A stretch of DNA of 64,000 nt from NCBI GenBank assembly GCA_045597865.1, contig JAZLKX010000052.1:192001-256000 (forward strand), given 5' to 3'. A model generated the notes under the pieces. That model worked only from the letters and a program-made list of their open reading frames with translations. It searched no databases and was not told the DNA's origin. Of the stretch, positions 48,001 through 56,774 are shown one piece after another; the first letter of the stretch is position 1; every line of letters starts with the position of its first letter. The DNA is from Bacilli bacterium (GTDB lineage: Bacteria > Bacillota_I > Bacilli_A > RFN20 > CAG-826). The translations under genes were made by a program, and so were the position numbers.

Positions 48001-50907
48001 GTTGCTGCTGATTTTATCAATGGTGCAGATATAAGTGCCAATGCGCGTGTAATGACTGACGCGTATGAAATGTACAGCTATACCATTAAAGAAAATGTCG
48101 TTGGTCCTGATGGTGAAACTACTACTGTTTATAACACTGTTGAAAAGGAACGCCAACTATTTGAAACTATTGCTGTTGCTGATAGCGACGAAGCATGGCT
48201 TCGCCCAGTTAATGACATCTGGCAAATGAATAGCAAGTTACTTAAAGATACTGTTAAATATGGTGCTTCTCCAAAGGTATTTAATTCGGTTGCTGAAATT
48301 AATGAATTTATCAATGAACATGCCGATCGCGTGTTCAGCTGGCAGCTAGGCGGATATATAGACGGCTGGGAAAATTATGGTATACCTGATTGGGAACTCA
48401 TTGACGGCGTGAACCTCGATGAAACAACTACACCAGCCGATTATTATTTTGAACCATATTTCGGCGAATATAGAACTTTGCTGTTTGTATTATCCTATGA
48501 TTCATGTGTACCCGAATATAACTGTACTCATTATGATTCTTTATATGATAATTTGATTTACTCAAACAACTGGTTTATGACACTAAAGAAACCGTTTAAC
48601 GGCTATAATGAAGAAGTTAACCCCAGCCAGTATCATAAAAGCTACATTACTTTTAAAACTGAAGCAGAAGCTGAGGCTGCATTGCTATCAATTACAACTG
48701 AATGTAACAACCAGCGCATCGAGCCAAGCTACTTTGTTGAGAATGCTTCTGACAACGAGGTTATAGGTCATGTATGTACGCATTGTCATGGCACAAAACG
48801 TGCAAACAAATTTAAGTATAAGTGTCCAAAATGTAGCGACATTTCTGAATATAGAAATACGCCGTTAATCGTTAAAACCATAACACCGGATGAAGGTGAT
48901 GTAGATCCATGGACACCGGAATATCCAGTACTGTTTAAGAACTTCTATACAGAATCAGCAGGATTTGGCAACATAAATCCTAACATTAACTTATTAGGAA
49001 GACACGCATGCGAACTTTGTGATGGCCTTGGATATGTTAGCCGTGAGCAACGTGTTGAATACCTTGGTGAACAATTTGAAACTCAATATGAAACGATTTT
49101 GCATGATCCGCATGCATGGTACAATTACATTGACAAGAAATATGACTATGGAAAATCTACAGTCGGCGCTGAACGCGGCATTCCGCAAATGCTTTTCATT
49201 GGTACAGAACCTACTTCCGGAAATCGTGCATATCTTGAAAACTGGATTTCGCCAAAATTGCATCCGATGATGGGTTTATCTTCTATGTGCCCATGTTGTA
49301 GTGACATGTTTAATAAGTTCTTAACACCGCAAATCTTTAACTGCGGTGAGGAAGACATTTACGGCTACTCAACATACAAGAACAAGAACGTCCATGATCG
49401 GATCTGGCCTAGCGTTGGTTCAGAAAAAACAGACTTCCTGCTGGAAATGGGCGCTGGCTCACTTTGCACAACATGTAACTTTAATAATCGTTCACGTTTA
49501 CAAACTATCAAATGTTTTGCTTGTCATGGTCGCGGCGTTACGGTTGACTCAGGCAGAATCTGTGAGAATTGTCGTGGTACTGGTAAACTGGACAACGCTG
49601 TATGCAACCGTTGTAATGGTACTGGTCTGAATCCAAATGTTACTTGTTCCACTTGCGGCGGTAAAACAACAATAGAAATGGAAATTAACTTAGGTTCAAT
49701 AGACTGTCCTAACTGCATCGGCGGTAGTGTAACATGCGAAGACTGTAACGGTATTAAACATTGGTACTGTACTACATGCGGCGGCGACGGCGAAGTTGAG
49801 TTCCAACCAACTATTGCGTATGAAGACGGTAAAGTCGTTGCTGTTGGCGATGGCTACTTCTACAAGAACATGATGCTTGACCAAACTACATTTGATATGT
49901 ATCGCGATTACATCAACATTCGTCCGGATGATAACTGTGACTTGAATGTTGGACAATACTTAAAGAAGATGAATCTGTTCTCAGTTGAAAATAACGGAAA
50001 ATTGCTTGTGCATAACAACAACTATGACCAAATTCCTGACCCACATGTTACTCATAACATCGCAAGTAACTTCTTCGCGGTTCGTAGCTGGGCTAAGTAC
50101 AATGAACTACAAGAACGCTTTGCTAATCTGCAAAACGGCTGTTATGCTCCTGATGCAATTTACTTCACCAAGCGTACTGCACATAATGAAGAATGGAAAC
50201 TTCGTATTCGTGAACTTGACTACCTATTGAACGATTCTTACATTAAGACCAACGCATCAATGCTAAAGACTGCCGCGCTTAACCAAGCCATCTACGACTT
50301 CCATCGTAAGAATACAACATTCTTGCTAAGACTTGGACCTATCATTTACTATTCATGGAAGGGTCGTAAAGGTATTAAGGGCGGCAAGGGTCTTAAGGGT
50401 CTTAAAGGCCTCAAGGGTATGAAAGGCTTTAAGGGTATGAAGGGCGTTGGCCGTATCATCAACAACACATTCGTTGCCTTCAAGGGTCAAACTCTTGGCA
50501 TTAAGGGTGCAGGTGCTGGTATGAAGGGTCTTAAGGGTCTTAAAGGTACTAAGGGATATGAAAACCTTGAATTGCATATTACTGGAATTAGAACTAAGTT
50601 CTACATCGCCGACATTCTAGCAGCAGTAAAACAAGAATTTGGCCGTAGCATTTCTAATACAGGTAACCTTGGTAAGAACTCGGAAACTTATACATTCTAT
50701 TGCCTGAATGGCGACCCGTCTGAAAACCTTTACTTCAAGGGTGTTCGCCTTCGTAAGATGGCAAACGGCAACTATCAGACACTTAACTCAGTAAAGGGTG
50801 TCAAGCCTGCTCAGGTTCAAAGAATCGTTTATAAAGACAACGGGTATAACGGTGAATACGGTGTTATGAACTTTGACTATGCATACGATAACCGATTCCT
50901 AGCTTAA
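45037..50907 (+). CDS. Giant tail fibre-like protein (paralogue B) with DnaJ-type zinc-finger arrays and Gly-X-Lys repeats
   Basis: About 34 CxxC(xGxG) motifs by hand count; shares scaffold motifs with 42482. Confidence 0.65.
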   Translation: MENMKIILTEDFKNSTILAEKGIRCILRGFALVNDSRHWLQKLYNSDSYNFESITLEDLQEHTTLVTDEDKHDPDILNNLFDITYEPCLELTTPEDMECPMCKGTGEVDGHVCPKCEGKKTVKRQNEKGTVLGGEKFGTYKIRINSMRNNKSENGIQGTYQAIVLIGEKYTEDTVHVITTNKSYIGIILYFDNADATVAQAAGVHESEDGLVIGPDSAFTINFQFSLSQIHMVDDETGPTIEPEYNLIMKHSFQKDQTTTQLNIPGIFLVPSGKEYTNRVDLEDGRKIEHLQIGYLDKTFNLIPDTYKNNNIFNVTPRFNIFDEHNDKFVKPQVMLSYGVKPNKSDLFSNQAVAIEYDKKWFSMNEKAPTGNSRFDLFGGATKKENSSYNDADFYNTTGYLRLVSDRGYHYSGNNLTEVLSNANSAGIYDGALYVSDNNCIGALNSSAIKTLDLHAIDTEGITADGISGGMLIDSNRSTFGNLSGLTAIGTHKASAFNEKYVSSNTYKDSENDPYFCKACNGKGKMIKAWVITHIRFNIDDPIEYYTKDNKWLETLAYEPEVRKFDTKEHADVFISLNFRDDGRVYAVEADMNGITCETCNGDGRVGAYTWPGRSMFYGLNTSSVDFCGYNNTFIGHKGLLSNYGHDAIIFGKHNACGNREYDMCIKCSGEGRLTCETCNGAGKIIGHPLVECSCCNGFGYVNYSASYCTLCNGEGYVNGELCYMCNNTRYDLPGINESSCSAFISGYDAIYDCPVCLTKTQILDENTLQPVDCPDCDGCGREPCVICAGAGFIEGYEHPLATSACPTCSNTLIKCDWCNGQGYYGKYIKCETCDGTGVFNGEKCPACDGHGFLNDICKYCNGDKQVCKTCEGYGDVTCDVCEGTSIIDCPECNSPSLVKCDLCEGEGYVDGETCAQYVGEYNAKTYADWAKTIETESDANCPFCNGTGLEPAHAMIRYSLADSRDLPLSDEYYAYPEPSEKTTKYIIVAADFINGADISANARVMTDAYEMYSYTIKENVVGPDGETTTVYNTVEKERQLFETIAVADSDEAWLRPVNDIWQMNSKLLKDTVKYGASPKVFNSVAEINEFINEHADRVFSWQLGGYIDGWENYGIPDWELIDGVNLDETTTPADYYFEPYFGEYRTLLFVLSYDSCVPEYNCTHYDSLYDNLIYSNNWFMTLKKPFNGYNEEVNPSQYHKSYITFKTEAEAEAALLSITTECNNQRIEPSYFVENASDNEVIGHVCTHCHGTKRANKFKYKCPKCSDISEYRNTPLIVKTITPDEGDVDPWTPEYPVLFKNFYTESAGFGNINPNINLLGRHACELCDGLGYVSREQRVEYLGEQFETQYETILHDPHAWYNYIDKKYDYGKSTVGAERGIPQMLFIGTEPTSGNRAYLENWISPKLHPMMGLSSMCPCCSDMFNKFLTPQIFNCGEEDIYGYSTYKNKNVHDRIWPSVGSEKTDFLLEMGAGSLCTTCNFNNRSRLQTIKCFACHGRGVTVDSGRICENCRGTGKLDNAVCNRCNGTGLNPNVTCSTCGGKTTIEMEINLGSIDCPNCIGGSVTCEDCNGIKHWYCTTCGGDGEVEFQPTIAYEDGKVVAVGDGYFYKNMMLDQTTFDMYRDYINIRPDDNCDLNVGQYLKKMNLFSVENNGKLLVHNNNYDQIPDPHVTHNIASNFFAVRSWAKYNELQERFANLQNGCYAPDAIYFTKRTAHNEEWKLRIRELDYLLNDSYIKTNASMLKTAALNQAIYDFHRKNTTFLLRLGPIIYYSWKGRKGIKGGKGLKGLKGLKGMKGFKGMKGVGRIINNTFVAFKGQTLGIKGAGAGMKGLKGLKGTKGYENLELHITGIRTKFYIADILAAVKQEFGRSISNTGNLGKNSETYTFYCLNGDPSENLYFKGVRLRKMANGNYQTLNSVKGVKPAQVQRIVYKDNGYNGEYGVMNFDYAYDNRFLA
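50359..50556 (+). repeat. 9-bp coding repeat (aagggtctt-like) encoding KGx triplets
   Basis: KGRKGIKGGKGLKGLKGLKGMKGFKGMKG and KGLKGLKGTKG. Confidence 0.85.
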
Positions 50908-50928
50908 GCAAAAATAAATTCCAATCTC

Positions 50929-50965
50929 AATCTCTGCCGTATAAATATCATATATGGCAGAGATT
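50929..50965 (+). promoter_or_regulatory. 15-bp hairpin burying the start codon, with an embedded late promoter
   Basis: AATCTCTGCCGTATA 50929-50943 / TATATGGCAGAGATT 50951-50965 (one G-U); TATAAATA 50940-50947; ATG 50954. Confidence 0.85.
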
Positions 50966-51940
50966 TTTACGAAAAATTCAAGTGGCGAAGTTCAGAAGTT
51001 AGGCGATGTCAGCAATGATCAGCTCGCCCGTATTAAGAACGATGCCAACATAAGTGACATTAAGGGATACCTTAGTGAGTTTTGGACTGATAAGAAAAAA
51101 GGTAAGTTAAGCGACATGGATGAACGCCACGGCGCTATCCTCGTAAAAGATCTTAAGGCAGATCCTGCTGACTTCTTTAATCAGCTCAAGAAGAATACAT
51201 TCACCTTCCAAGACTTCGGTCCTTATTCATGGAAGGCGTTTCTTAAACACGCTAAGATTGACCAAATGGTGTCTGACAAGTATCTAGATGACGCTTTAGC
51301 AATTCGTTCAGGAAAACGTCCTGAAATTGGTAAAGGTGAGTTCTTGTTTGTCGCTTCGTTCAGCAACATTAACTTTGCATCTGAATCTGGTGATTTAGTT
51401 GACAATGATGGCAACCGTATTGAGGTCAAAGGTACACATGCTAATCTTGGCAGTGATGGTTCTCAATATGAACAGTTCAGTTCAAAGATCATGACTTCCA
51501 TTTATAGCGCATTTGGTACAAACGGACCTGCAAGAACCGAAGACGAAATGGACGACAATAAAAAGCGTTCACAGGATCTTACTTTAGCGGTAATTGATGA
51601 TTTACAGGATAAGATTGTCAAGAACCCGCAAAAAGCAAAGCATGTTATGAAAATGCTACAAAATCGTTCTAACCATAGCGAGGGTCTCGCTAACAAGATG
51701 GTCGAGTTGTTCAACAGCAAACATAATTTAAAGCTTGTAATAGCGGCTAGTCATCTTTTAACCTACTGTCAATTTCAGAAGGCCAATTACATTTTAGCTT
51801 TGAATGATAATGTTTACTGGGGGTTCACCGCACCTAAAAATCTAGAAGATGCTTATGAGATAATGACACATTTCAATGTCAATGCGTGGGTGACTGGTAA
51901 CCGTGGCATTTCCATAACAGTAAACAATGGTAAATCATAA
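50954..51940 (+). CDS. Putative PD-(D/E)xK endonuclease
   Basis: IGKGEF ... SGDLV ... RIEVKG (E...D...ExK). Confidence 0.65.
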   Translation: MAEIFTKNSSGEVQKLGDVSNDQLARIKNDANISDIKGYLSEFWTDKKKGKLSDMDERHGAILVKDLKADPADFFNQLKKNTFTFQDFGPYSWKAFLKHAKIDQMVSDKYLDDALAIRSGKRPEIGKGEFLFVASFSNINFASESGDLVDNDGNRIEVKGTHANLGSDGSQYEQFSSKIMTSIYSAFGTNGPARTEDEMDDNKKRSQDLTLAVIDDLQDKIVKNPQKAKHVMKMLQNRSNHSEGLANKMVELFNSKHNLKLVIAASHLLTYCQFQKANYILALNDNVYWGFTAPKNLEDAYEIMTHFNVNAWVTGNRGISITVNNGKS

Positions 51941-53352
51941 TGGCAGAGCCGAAAGAATCAGCAAATAAAACAATCATTGGTAGTGGCACCGTTGGCGGTT
52001 CATATGTAAATTTGCAAGTATGGATTGGTGACCCGCTTGAACCCACAAAAGGTATGACTATACCTACTGAAAGTATTGATAGTTTTTCTGTGAAAGAAAA
52101 CCTCTTTACGCTTTTGCCAACGCTTGAGATGCATATTCAAGACAAAGGCAAATTCTTTATGAACCATGCATTGTGCATCGGCGATATGATTAACATTGAA
52201 ATGGCACCTTCGCCTGTTACTAAAGACGCCGATCCTGATGAGCAAGAGGTTGACCCTTACTTGATATGCAGTTTCATTATTCAGACTGTATCATGTGTAC
52301 CTGATAATGAAAACAATGCGTTCACTTATATCATAATGGGTATCTATGCTGCGCAGCCTTTGATTAACGAAATTTCGTTTTATCCAACAAAGGGACCGCT
52401 TGGTGTTTCAGCGATGTATGAAAAGGTTGAAAGTGATAAAGTCATTGACATAATGGCAACTGAAGCTGGTCTTGGCCTTGTATGTGATTGTGAACCAAAC
52501 GACAAGTCATATTGGTTGAACGCTAATGAAACGCGTGGTGCATTTATTGAACGCATCATTGACCATGCTTGGGTTGGTGAGGGTAATGCTCCTGTAATTT
52601 TCACCGATGTAACTGGAACAATGCACTATACATCAATCAAGAACTTGTGTGAAAACTTATCAGGTATTACATTTGCTGATTTTGCGTCTAACACAAGTGG
52701 CAGCACACCTAAGAAATCGCCGACGATTCTATTTAGTCAAGCTAGATGTTTGAATGCAGGTGGTCCTATTTTCAATCGCGGTGGCTATTCTTTAAAGTAT
52801 TCATTAACGAATCCTTATAACAAGTTAGGCATTGATGAAAAAGAAATGCCGCGCTGGGGTGTTAATGGTATTGCCGGTGTCGTTAATGCAGGCATAGGAT
52901 CTGATACATACGGCGTTAAAGACCGCGGCGAAGGCTGGCGTGAAAAAGTATACACGCAGAATAAAAAGTTCCTAGCTGGTGTAAGCAATAAACAAGCGTC
53001 TGAAATGGATAACATCACGATTCATCAAGATGGTGGTATGTGGTTTGATGAACTGCATATACATTATAATATTGCACCTAAGCATAATGAAATGGTTAGA
53101 CGATCATTCTTTAGCAATTTTATAAATGTAACCGTTGATACTTCAAGACAAGGTTCATTGTATGATAAGTCTGCCTATCGTCCTGAATTAGGTAACATCA
53201 TTGATGTTGACTTCTCATCGTCCATAAATAACAAAATAGACGGAATCCATTCAGGACCATATTGTGTAGCTGAAATCGTTCATAAGTATCGTAAGAAAAA
53301 ACCATATACACAAAGCATTACCTTTGTGAATGATGGTTACTTCGGTAAATAA
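51940..53352 (+). CDS. Baseplate hub protein, gp27-like
   Basis: FSVKENLF..LP, C-terminal HSGPYCVAEIVH; directly before gp5. Confidence 0.65.
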   Translation: MAEPKESANKTIIGSGTVGGSYVNLQVWIGDPLEPTKGMTIPTESIDSFSVKENLFTLLPTLEMHIQDKGKFFMNHALCIGDMINIEMAPSPVTKDADPDEQEVDPYLICSFIIQTVSCVPDNENNAFTYIIMGIYAAQPLINEISFYPTKGPLGVSAMYEKVESDKVIDIMATEAGLGLVCDCEPNDKSYWLNANETRGAFIERIIDHAWVGEGNAPVIFTDVTGTMHYTSIKNLCENLSGITFADFASNTSGSTPKKSPTILFSQARCLNAGGPIFNRGGYSLKYSLTNPYNKLGIDEKEMPRWGVNGIAGVVNAGIGSDTYGVKDRGEGWREKVYTQNKKFLAGVSNKQASEMDNITIHQDGGMWFDELHIHYNIAPKHNEMVRRSFFSNFINVTVDTSRQGSLYDKSAYRPELGNIIDVDFSSSINNKIDGIHSGPYCVAEIVHKYRKKKPYTQSITFVNDGYFGK

Positions 53353-53366
53353 TGTGAGGTGTTAAA

Positions 53367-54113
53367 ATGACTGATGTAGACCAGTATAAAGCAATTCTTG
53401 ACGGTGACCCCAAACCAATCGTTGATGATCTTGTTAACCATCAAAAGACTGCACCTGAGCTTACTCGCTGGACTGGTAAGGTCGTGAATAATGATGACCC
53501 TGAAAAGCTAGGCCGTTGTCAAATTAAAGTTATTGGTTTTTACGATTCTATTCCAAATGAAATGCTGCCTTGGGCTTGCCCTGATATTCAGTACATGGGT
53601 AGCAAGTGTGGCGGACAGATTATTCCTGAACTTGATACGATGGTTAGAGGTTACTTTGACAAAGGTGATGTCCAGCGTCCATTCTTTGACTCAATTGCGT
53701 TCAATGCCTATAATTCTGAATCTGAATATACTGATAGGAAAAACAGCTCAGATTATCCGCATAAGATGGTTCTGCTTGAAACTGATGGCGGTGACTTCTT
53801 AACCTTAAATCGTAAAGACGGCACGCTTGTATTTACTCATAGAACGGGTACCATGTTTATGATTGATGACAAAGGAAATGTTACATTTCAGAATGGTACA
53901 AGCGACAGTCCTAAAATGAATATACAAGTCAATGGTGACTGCAACATTAATGTATCAGGAAACCTTAGTGCTTATGCAGGTGGAAGTATCACCGCCGATG
54001 CAAAAGGCATGATTGATGTTGGCTCAGCACAGGCAAAACAGTTTGTTTGTAACACGCCGAACTGCTTCATCTGTGGTGCTTTACATTCAACACAGCAGCA
54101 AGTAAGGGTATAA
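53367..54113 (+). CDS. Baseplate central spike, gp5-like (OB fold plus beta-helix, no lysozyme domain)
   Basis: WTGKVVNNDDPEKLGRCQIKV...LPWA, YPH..VLETDGG, HRTGT; C-terminal CFICGALH. Confidence 0.88.
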   Translation: MTDVDQYKAILDGDPKPIVDDLVNHQKTAPELTRWTGKVVNNDDPEKLGRCQIKVIGFYDSIPNEMLPWACPDIQYMGSKCGGQIIPELDTMVRGYFDKGDVQRPFFDSIAFNAYNSESEYTDRKNSSDYPHKMVLLETDGGDFLTLNRKDGTLVFTHRTGTMFMIDDKGNVTFQNGTSDSPKMNIQVNGDCNINVSGNLSAYAGGSITADAKGMIDVGSAQAKQFVCNTPNCFICGALHSTQQQVRV

Positions 54114-54122
54114 ATATTTTAT

Positions 54123-54731
54123 ATGGCTGGTAAAGTAAGTATAAAAAATTGGTTTGAACAAAAATCAGTAAAGCTATCTGATTCATTCCTTGTCGAGTTT
54201 GACGGCAATGAATCTTTTAGATGCGCAGGTTTTAGCATTCCAAAAGTTGCTGAATGGAATGAAGAAGTTCATAAGTTTGGCAATACAGCCCATAAGATTC
54301 TTATACCTAAGATTGACATATTGCAAGAATTAACGGTTGAACTGTTTGAAGGCTATACCAAAAAGACAACCGGTGGGGAAACATTAAAGACTGCATGCCA
54401 GAGTTTTTTCTGGAAAATCGCTACTGGCGGTTTTACAAATGGGCGAGGCTATGTTAACTACAGCGATTATGATGCAACAGGTTATAATAAACTAAAAGGT
54501 CAATATCAATTCAGCAAGCCAGATTTTGAAAAAGTGACGATTTACATCTTAAACAACAGTTTAAACAAAGTTGTTTATAAGTATGAATTCTATGACTTGT
54601 TCTTAACCAAATACACGCCGTATGAGCTTTCATATAGTGATGAAGCTATTACTAAGTGGTCGCTATCTTTCGTCTTTAGTAAGTTTATCAAATCGGTACC
54701 TGATGACCCTGATGATGGAGTTGTTAAATGA
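54123..54731 (+). CDS. Tail tube-fold paralogue
   Basis: FSIPK...ELTVELFE...YELSYSDEAITKWSLSFVF; TATAAATA 54109-54116. Confidence 0.55.
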   Translation: MAGKVSIKNWFEQKSVKLSDSFLVEFDGNESFRCAGFSIPKVAEWNEEVHKFGNTAHKILIPKIDILQELTVELFEGYTKKTTGGETLKTACQSFFWKIATGGFTNGRGYVNYSDYDATGYNKLKGQYQFSKPDFEKVTIYILNNSLNKVVYKYEFYDLFLTKYTPYELSYSDEAITKWSLSFVFSKFIKSVPDDPDDGVVK

Positions 54732-56206
54732 TATCTTGTGGACAATTCTTTCGCTTTAGACCTCACCTACCGTTTCGTTTCGTAGTTGACTTTTTTACTG
54801 ACAAATATGTTAACTCACATAATTTAGGTTATTTCGTTTCTAGCATTAAAGTAAATGCGCCAGAGGTTGATACAACAACCGGCGCGTTTTATTTTGGTGA
54901 TGGTTATCGTACTATACCATTAGTTGACCCATCAGCAAAAACTATTAACATTACTTTTGAAGAAACTGATGATATGCGGGTGACTAAATTTTTTGATGGT
55001 GTAATTGCTCAGCAACGCTTTGGCTTGCCTTATGTAATACAGATTGGCGTTACCGAATTTGAAGAACGAATGAATGTTCCAGTTAGAGCTATGCTCTATT
55101 CATGCGTACTTGCTAATTATGAAGAAGGCGCATTCTCACGAATGGGCGGCGTTTCTATCGTTACTATATCAGCGACGTTTAATGTAATGAGTGAAAAGCC
55201 ATGGGAAGCAAATACAAAGATCAGTGCTGGTAAGCAAACACAAGATATTGGTATACCTGATAATGTGTTTTCTAAATTACAATCAGAAGCATCTAGTGTT
55301 GTTTCTTCACCGGCTATTGCTGTGCTAGATGAATGGAATGCAAAGTTTAATGAGGACTTAGTAGAAGGTAAACAACGCGAAGAACGAGAAAAGGCTGAAA
55401 GACGAGAACGCCGTGGAGGCGGTGGTGGAAACGGTAGCGGATTTGGTGGTAGCCATGCACCTCCAGGAAAACAACTTGCTGCAACCGGTGGTGTTGGCGA
55501 AAAAGGAGTTACTCACGCTGCTCTTATGGAAGCTGCTAAAGCTGAGTTTACTGGTACTAATGGCGCAAACAGAACAGAAGGCCGAGTTGATATGGTTTAC
55601 TTTAATTCATTAGATGGCGGTACACAAAAGCTTAACTTTGGTATGGGTAACACACAAAAATATCTTGAAAACCTTGGTCTTAAGAACTCAAAGTTTACTA
55701 TTGAAGCAACCATTGACGGCAAGAAGGTTTCTTTAACTGGTACTATGCAAGAATTGACCGAAAAGGTAAAAGTGTATGGACATGCAAACAGTTCAGCAAC
55801 AGCTTGGAAAATGGATAAAGCAACAACTGATATGGTGACTGCTAAATCAATGGGTAACATTGCTACTAAGATGGAAAAAGCATACAACAAAGAAATCCTG
55901 GCGGCGATGGATAAAACAACGCTTGGCGGTCTTGCACATATTGAATATGGTTCAGGCGGTGCTTCAGCAACGCTTGGACGATATATGAATAATCATAAGG
56001 ATGAAGTTATTGCTGAACTTAAGAAAAATAATGGTATGCTTTCTGATGACTTTGTCAATAAAATGATGGCTGACAAATCAGTTAAAAGCGTGATGTATAG
56101 AGAATATACAATTAAGCAAGGTGAACATGCAGGCGACCGTATGGCAGTTGATAGACGAGGACGACTAACCGGTAAATCTGGTCACTCGCTGCGTAAAATC
56201 AATTAA
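54728..56206 (+). CDS. Tube-fold N-domain fused via a Gly-rich linker to a possible lysozyme-like domain
   Basis: INITFEETDDMRV...ISATFNV; later EGRVDMVYFNSLDGG...LNFGMG resembling the GH24 EG....Y.D..G..TIG.G motif. Confidence 0.5.
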   Translation: MISCGQFFRFRPHLPFRFVVDFFTDKYVNSHNLGYFVSSIKVNAPEVDTTTGAFYFGDGYRTIPLVDPSAKTINITFEETDDMRVTKFFDGVIAQQRFGLPYVIQIGVTEFEERMNVPVRAMLYSCVLANYEEGAFSRMGGVSIVTISATFNVMSEKPWEANTKISAGKQTQDIGIPDNVFSKLQSEASSVVSSPAIAVLDEWNAKFNEDLVEGKQREEREKAERRERRGGGGGNGSGFGGSHAPPGKQLAATGGVGEKGVTHAALMEAAKAEFTGTNGANRTEGRVDMVYFNSLDGGTQKLNFGMGNTQKYLENLGLKNSKFTIEATIDGKKVSLTGTMQELTEKVKVYGHANSSATAWKMDKATTDMVTAKSMGNIATKMEKAYNKEILAAMDKTTLGGLAHIEYGSGGASATLGRYMNNHKDEVIAELKKNNGMLSDDFVNKMMADKSVKSVMYREYTIKQGEHAGDRMAVDRRGRLTGKSGHSLRKIN

Positions 56207-56211
56207 GACTA

Positions 56212-56240
56212 AAAAGGCTAGGGTTTTGCCCTAGCCTTTT
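56212..56240. terminator. Bidirectional terminator between convergent genes
   Basis: AAAAGGCTAGGG-ttttg-CCCTAGCCTTTT. Confidence 0.9.
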
Positions 56241-56246
56241 GAATTT

Positions 56247-56750
56247 TTAAACTGCGGGTTTGGTAATGATGCCAACAATGCTTGGCGGAATACCATCAGG
56301 AATATCCTTAATGTCCATACCGATGATCTTTATCTTTACCTTTTGTTTCAAGAAGTTGTAATTGTTTTCGTCCTTCTTCATCATTCGTTCATTAAGCTCA
56401 GTAAACTGCTTATCTAACTCATCTGATGCTTTTTGATATTCAACCGCCATTTCAGTAATCTTAGGCTGATCATTTTCATCAAACTTTGGATTGCCTTGTT
56501 CATCACGGTCAATGTACTGCATAACGATCTTTTTCATACGCTGACAGTAATCAATATACTGAGCATCATTTTGTTCGTTATACAGGCCTTCTTCAATCTG
56601 ACTGTATGGTTGGCCTAGCATAATAACATTATTATAGACTAACAAAGCAAATTCGGCAGTAAACTTCTCGCTTTCCAGATTATCCCTGAAATACTTATAA
56701 GCCTTTTGAATTTCAAAAAGACCAATTTCAATTTGTTTTTCCTGTAGCAT
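56247..56750 (-). CDS. Hypothetical protein
   Basis: 167-aa ORF with AGGAG SD and minus-strand AATAAATA near 56772-56779. Confidence 0.7.
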   Translation of the reverse strand: MLQEKQIEIGLFEIQKAYKYFRDNLESEKFTAEFALLVYNNVIMLGQPYSQIEEGLYNEQNDAQYIDYCQRMKKIVMQYIDRDEQGNPKFDENDQPKITEMAVEYQKASDELDKQFTELNERMMKKDENNYNFLKQKVKIKIIGMDIKDIPDGIPPSIVGIITKPAV

Positions 56751-56774
56751 AAAACTCCTAAATGTATAAGTTAT

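Noticed and set aside
45037-50907. DnaJ chaperone annotation
   Set aside because: No J-domain/HPD motif; only the zinc-finger repeats are shared, within a fibre-like scaffold
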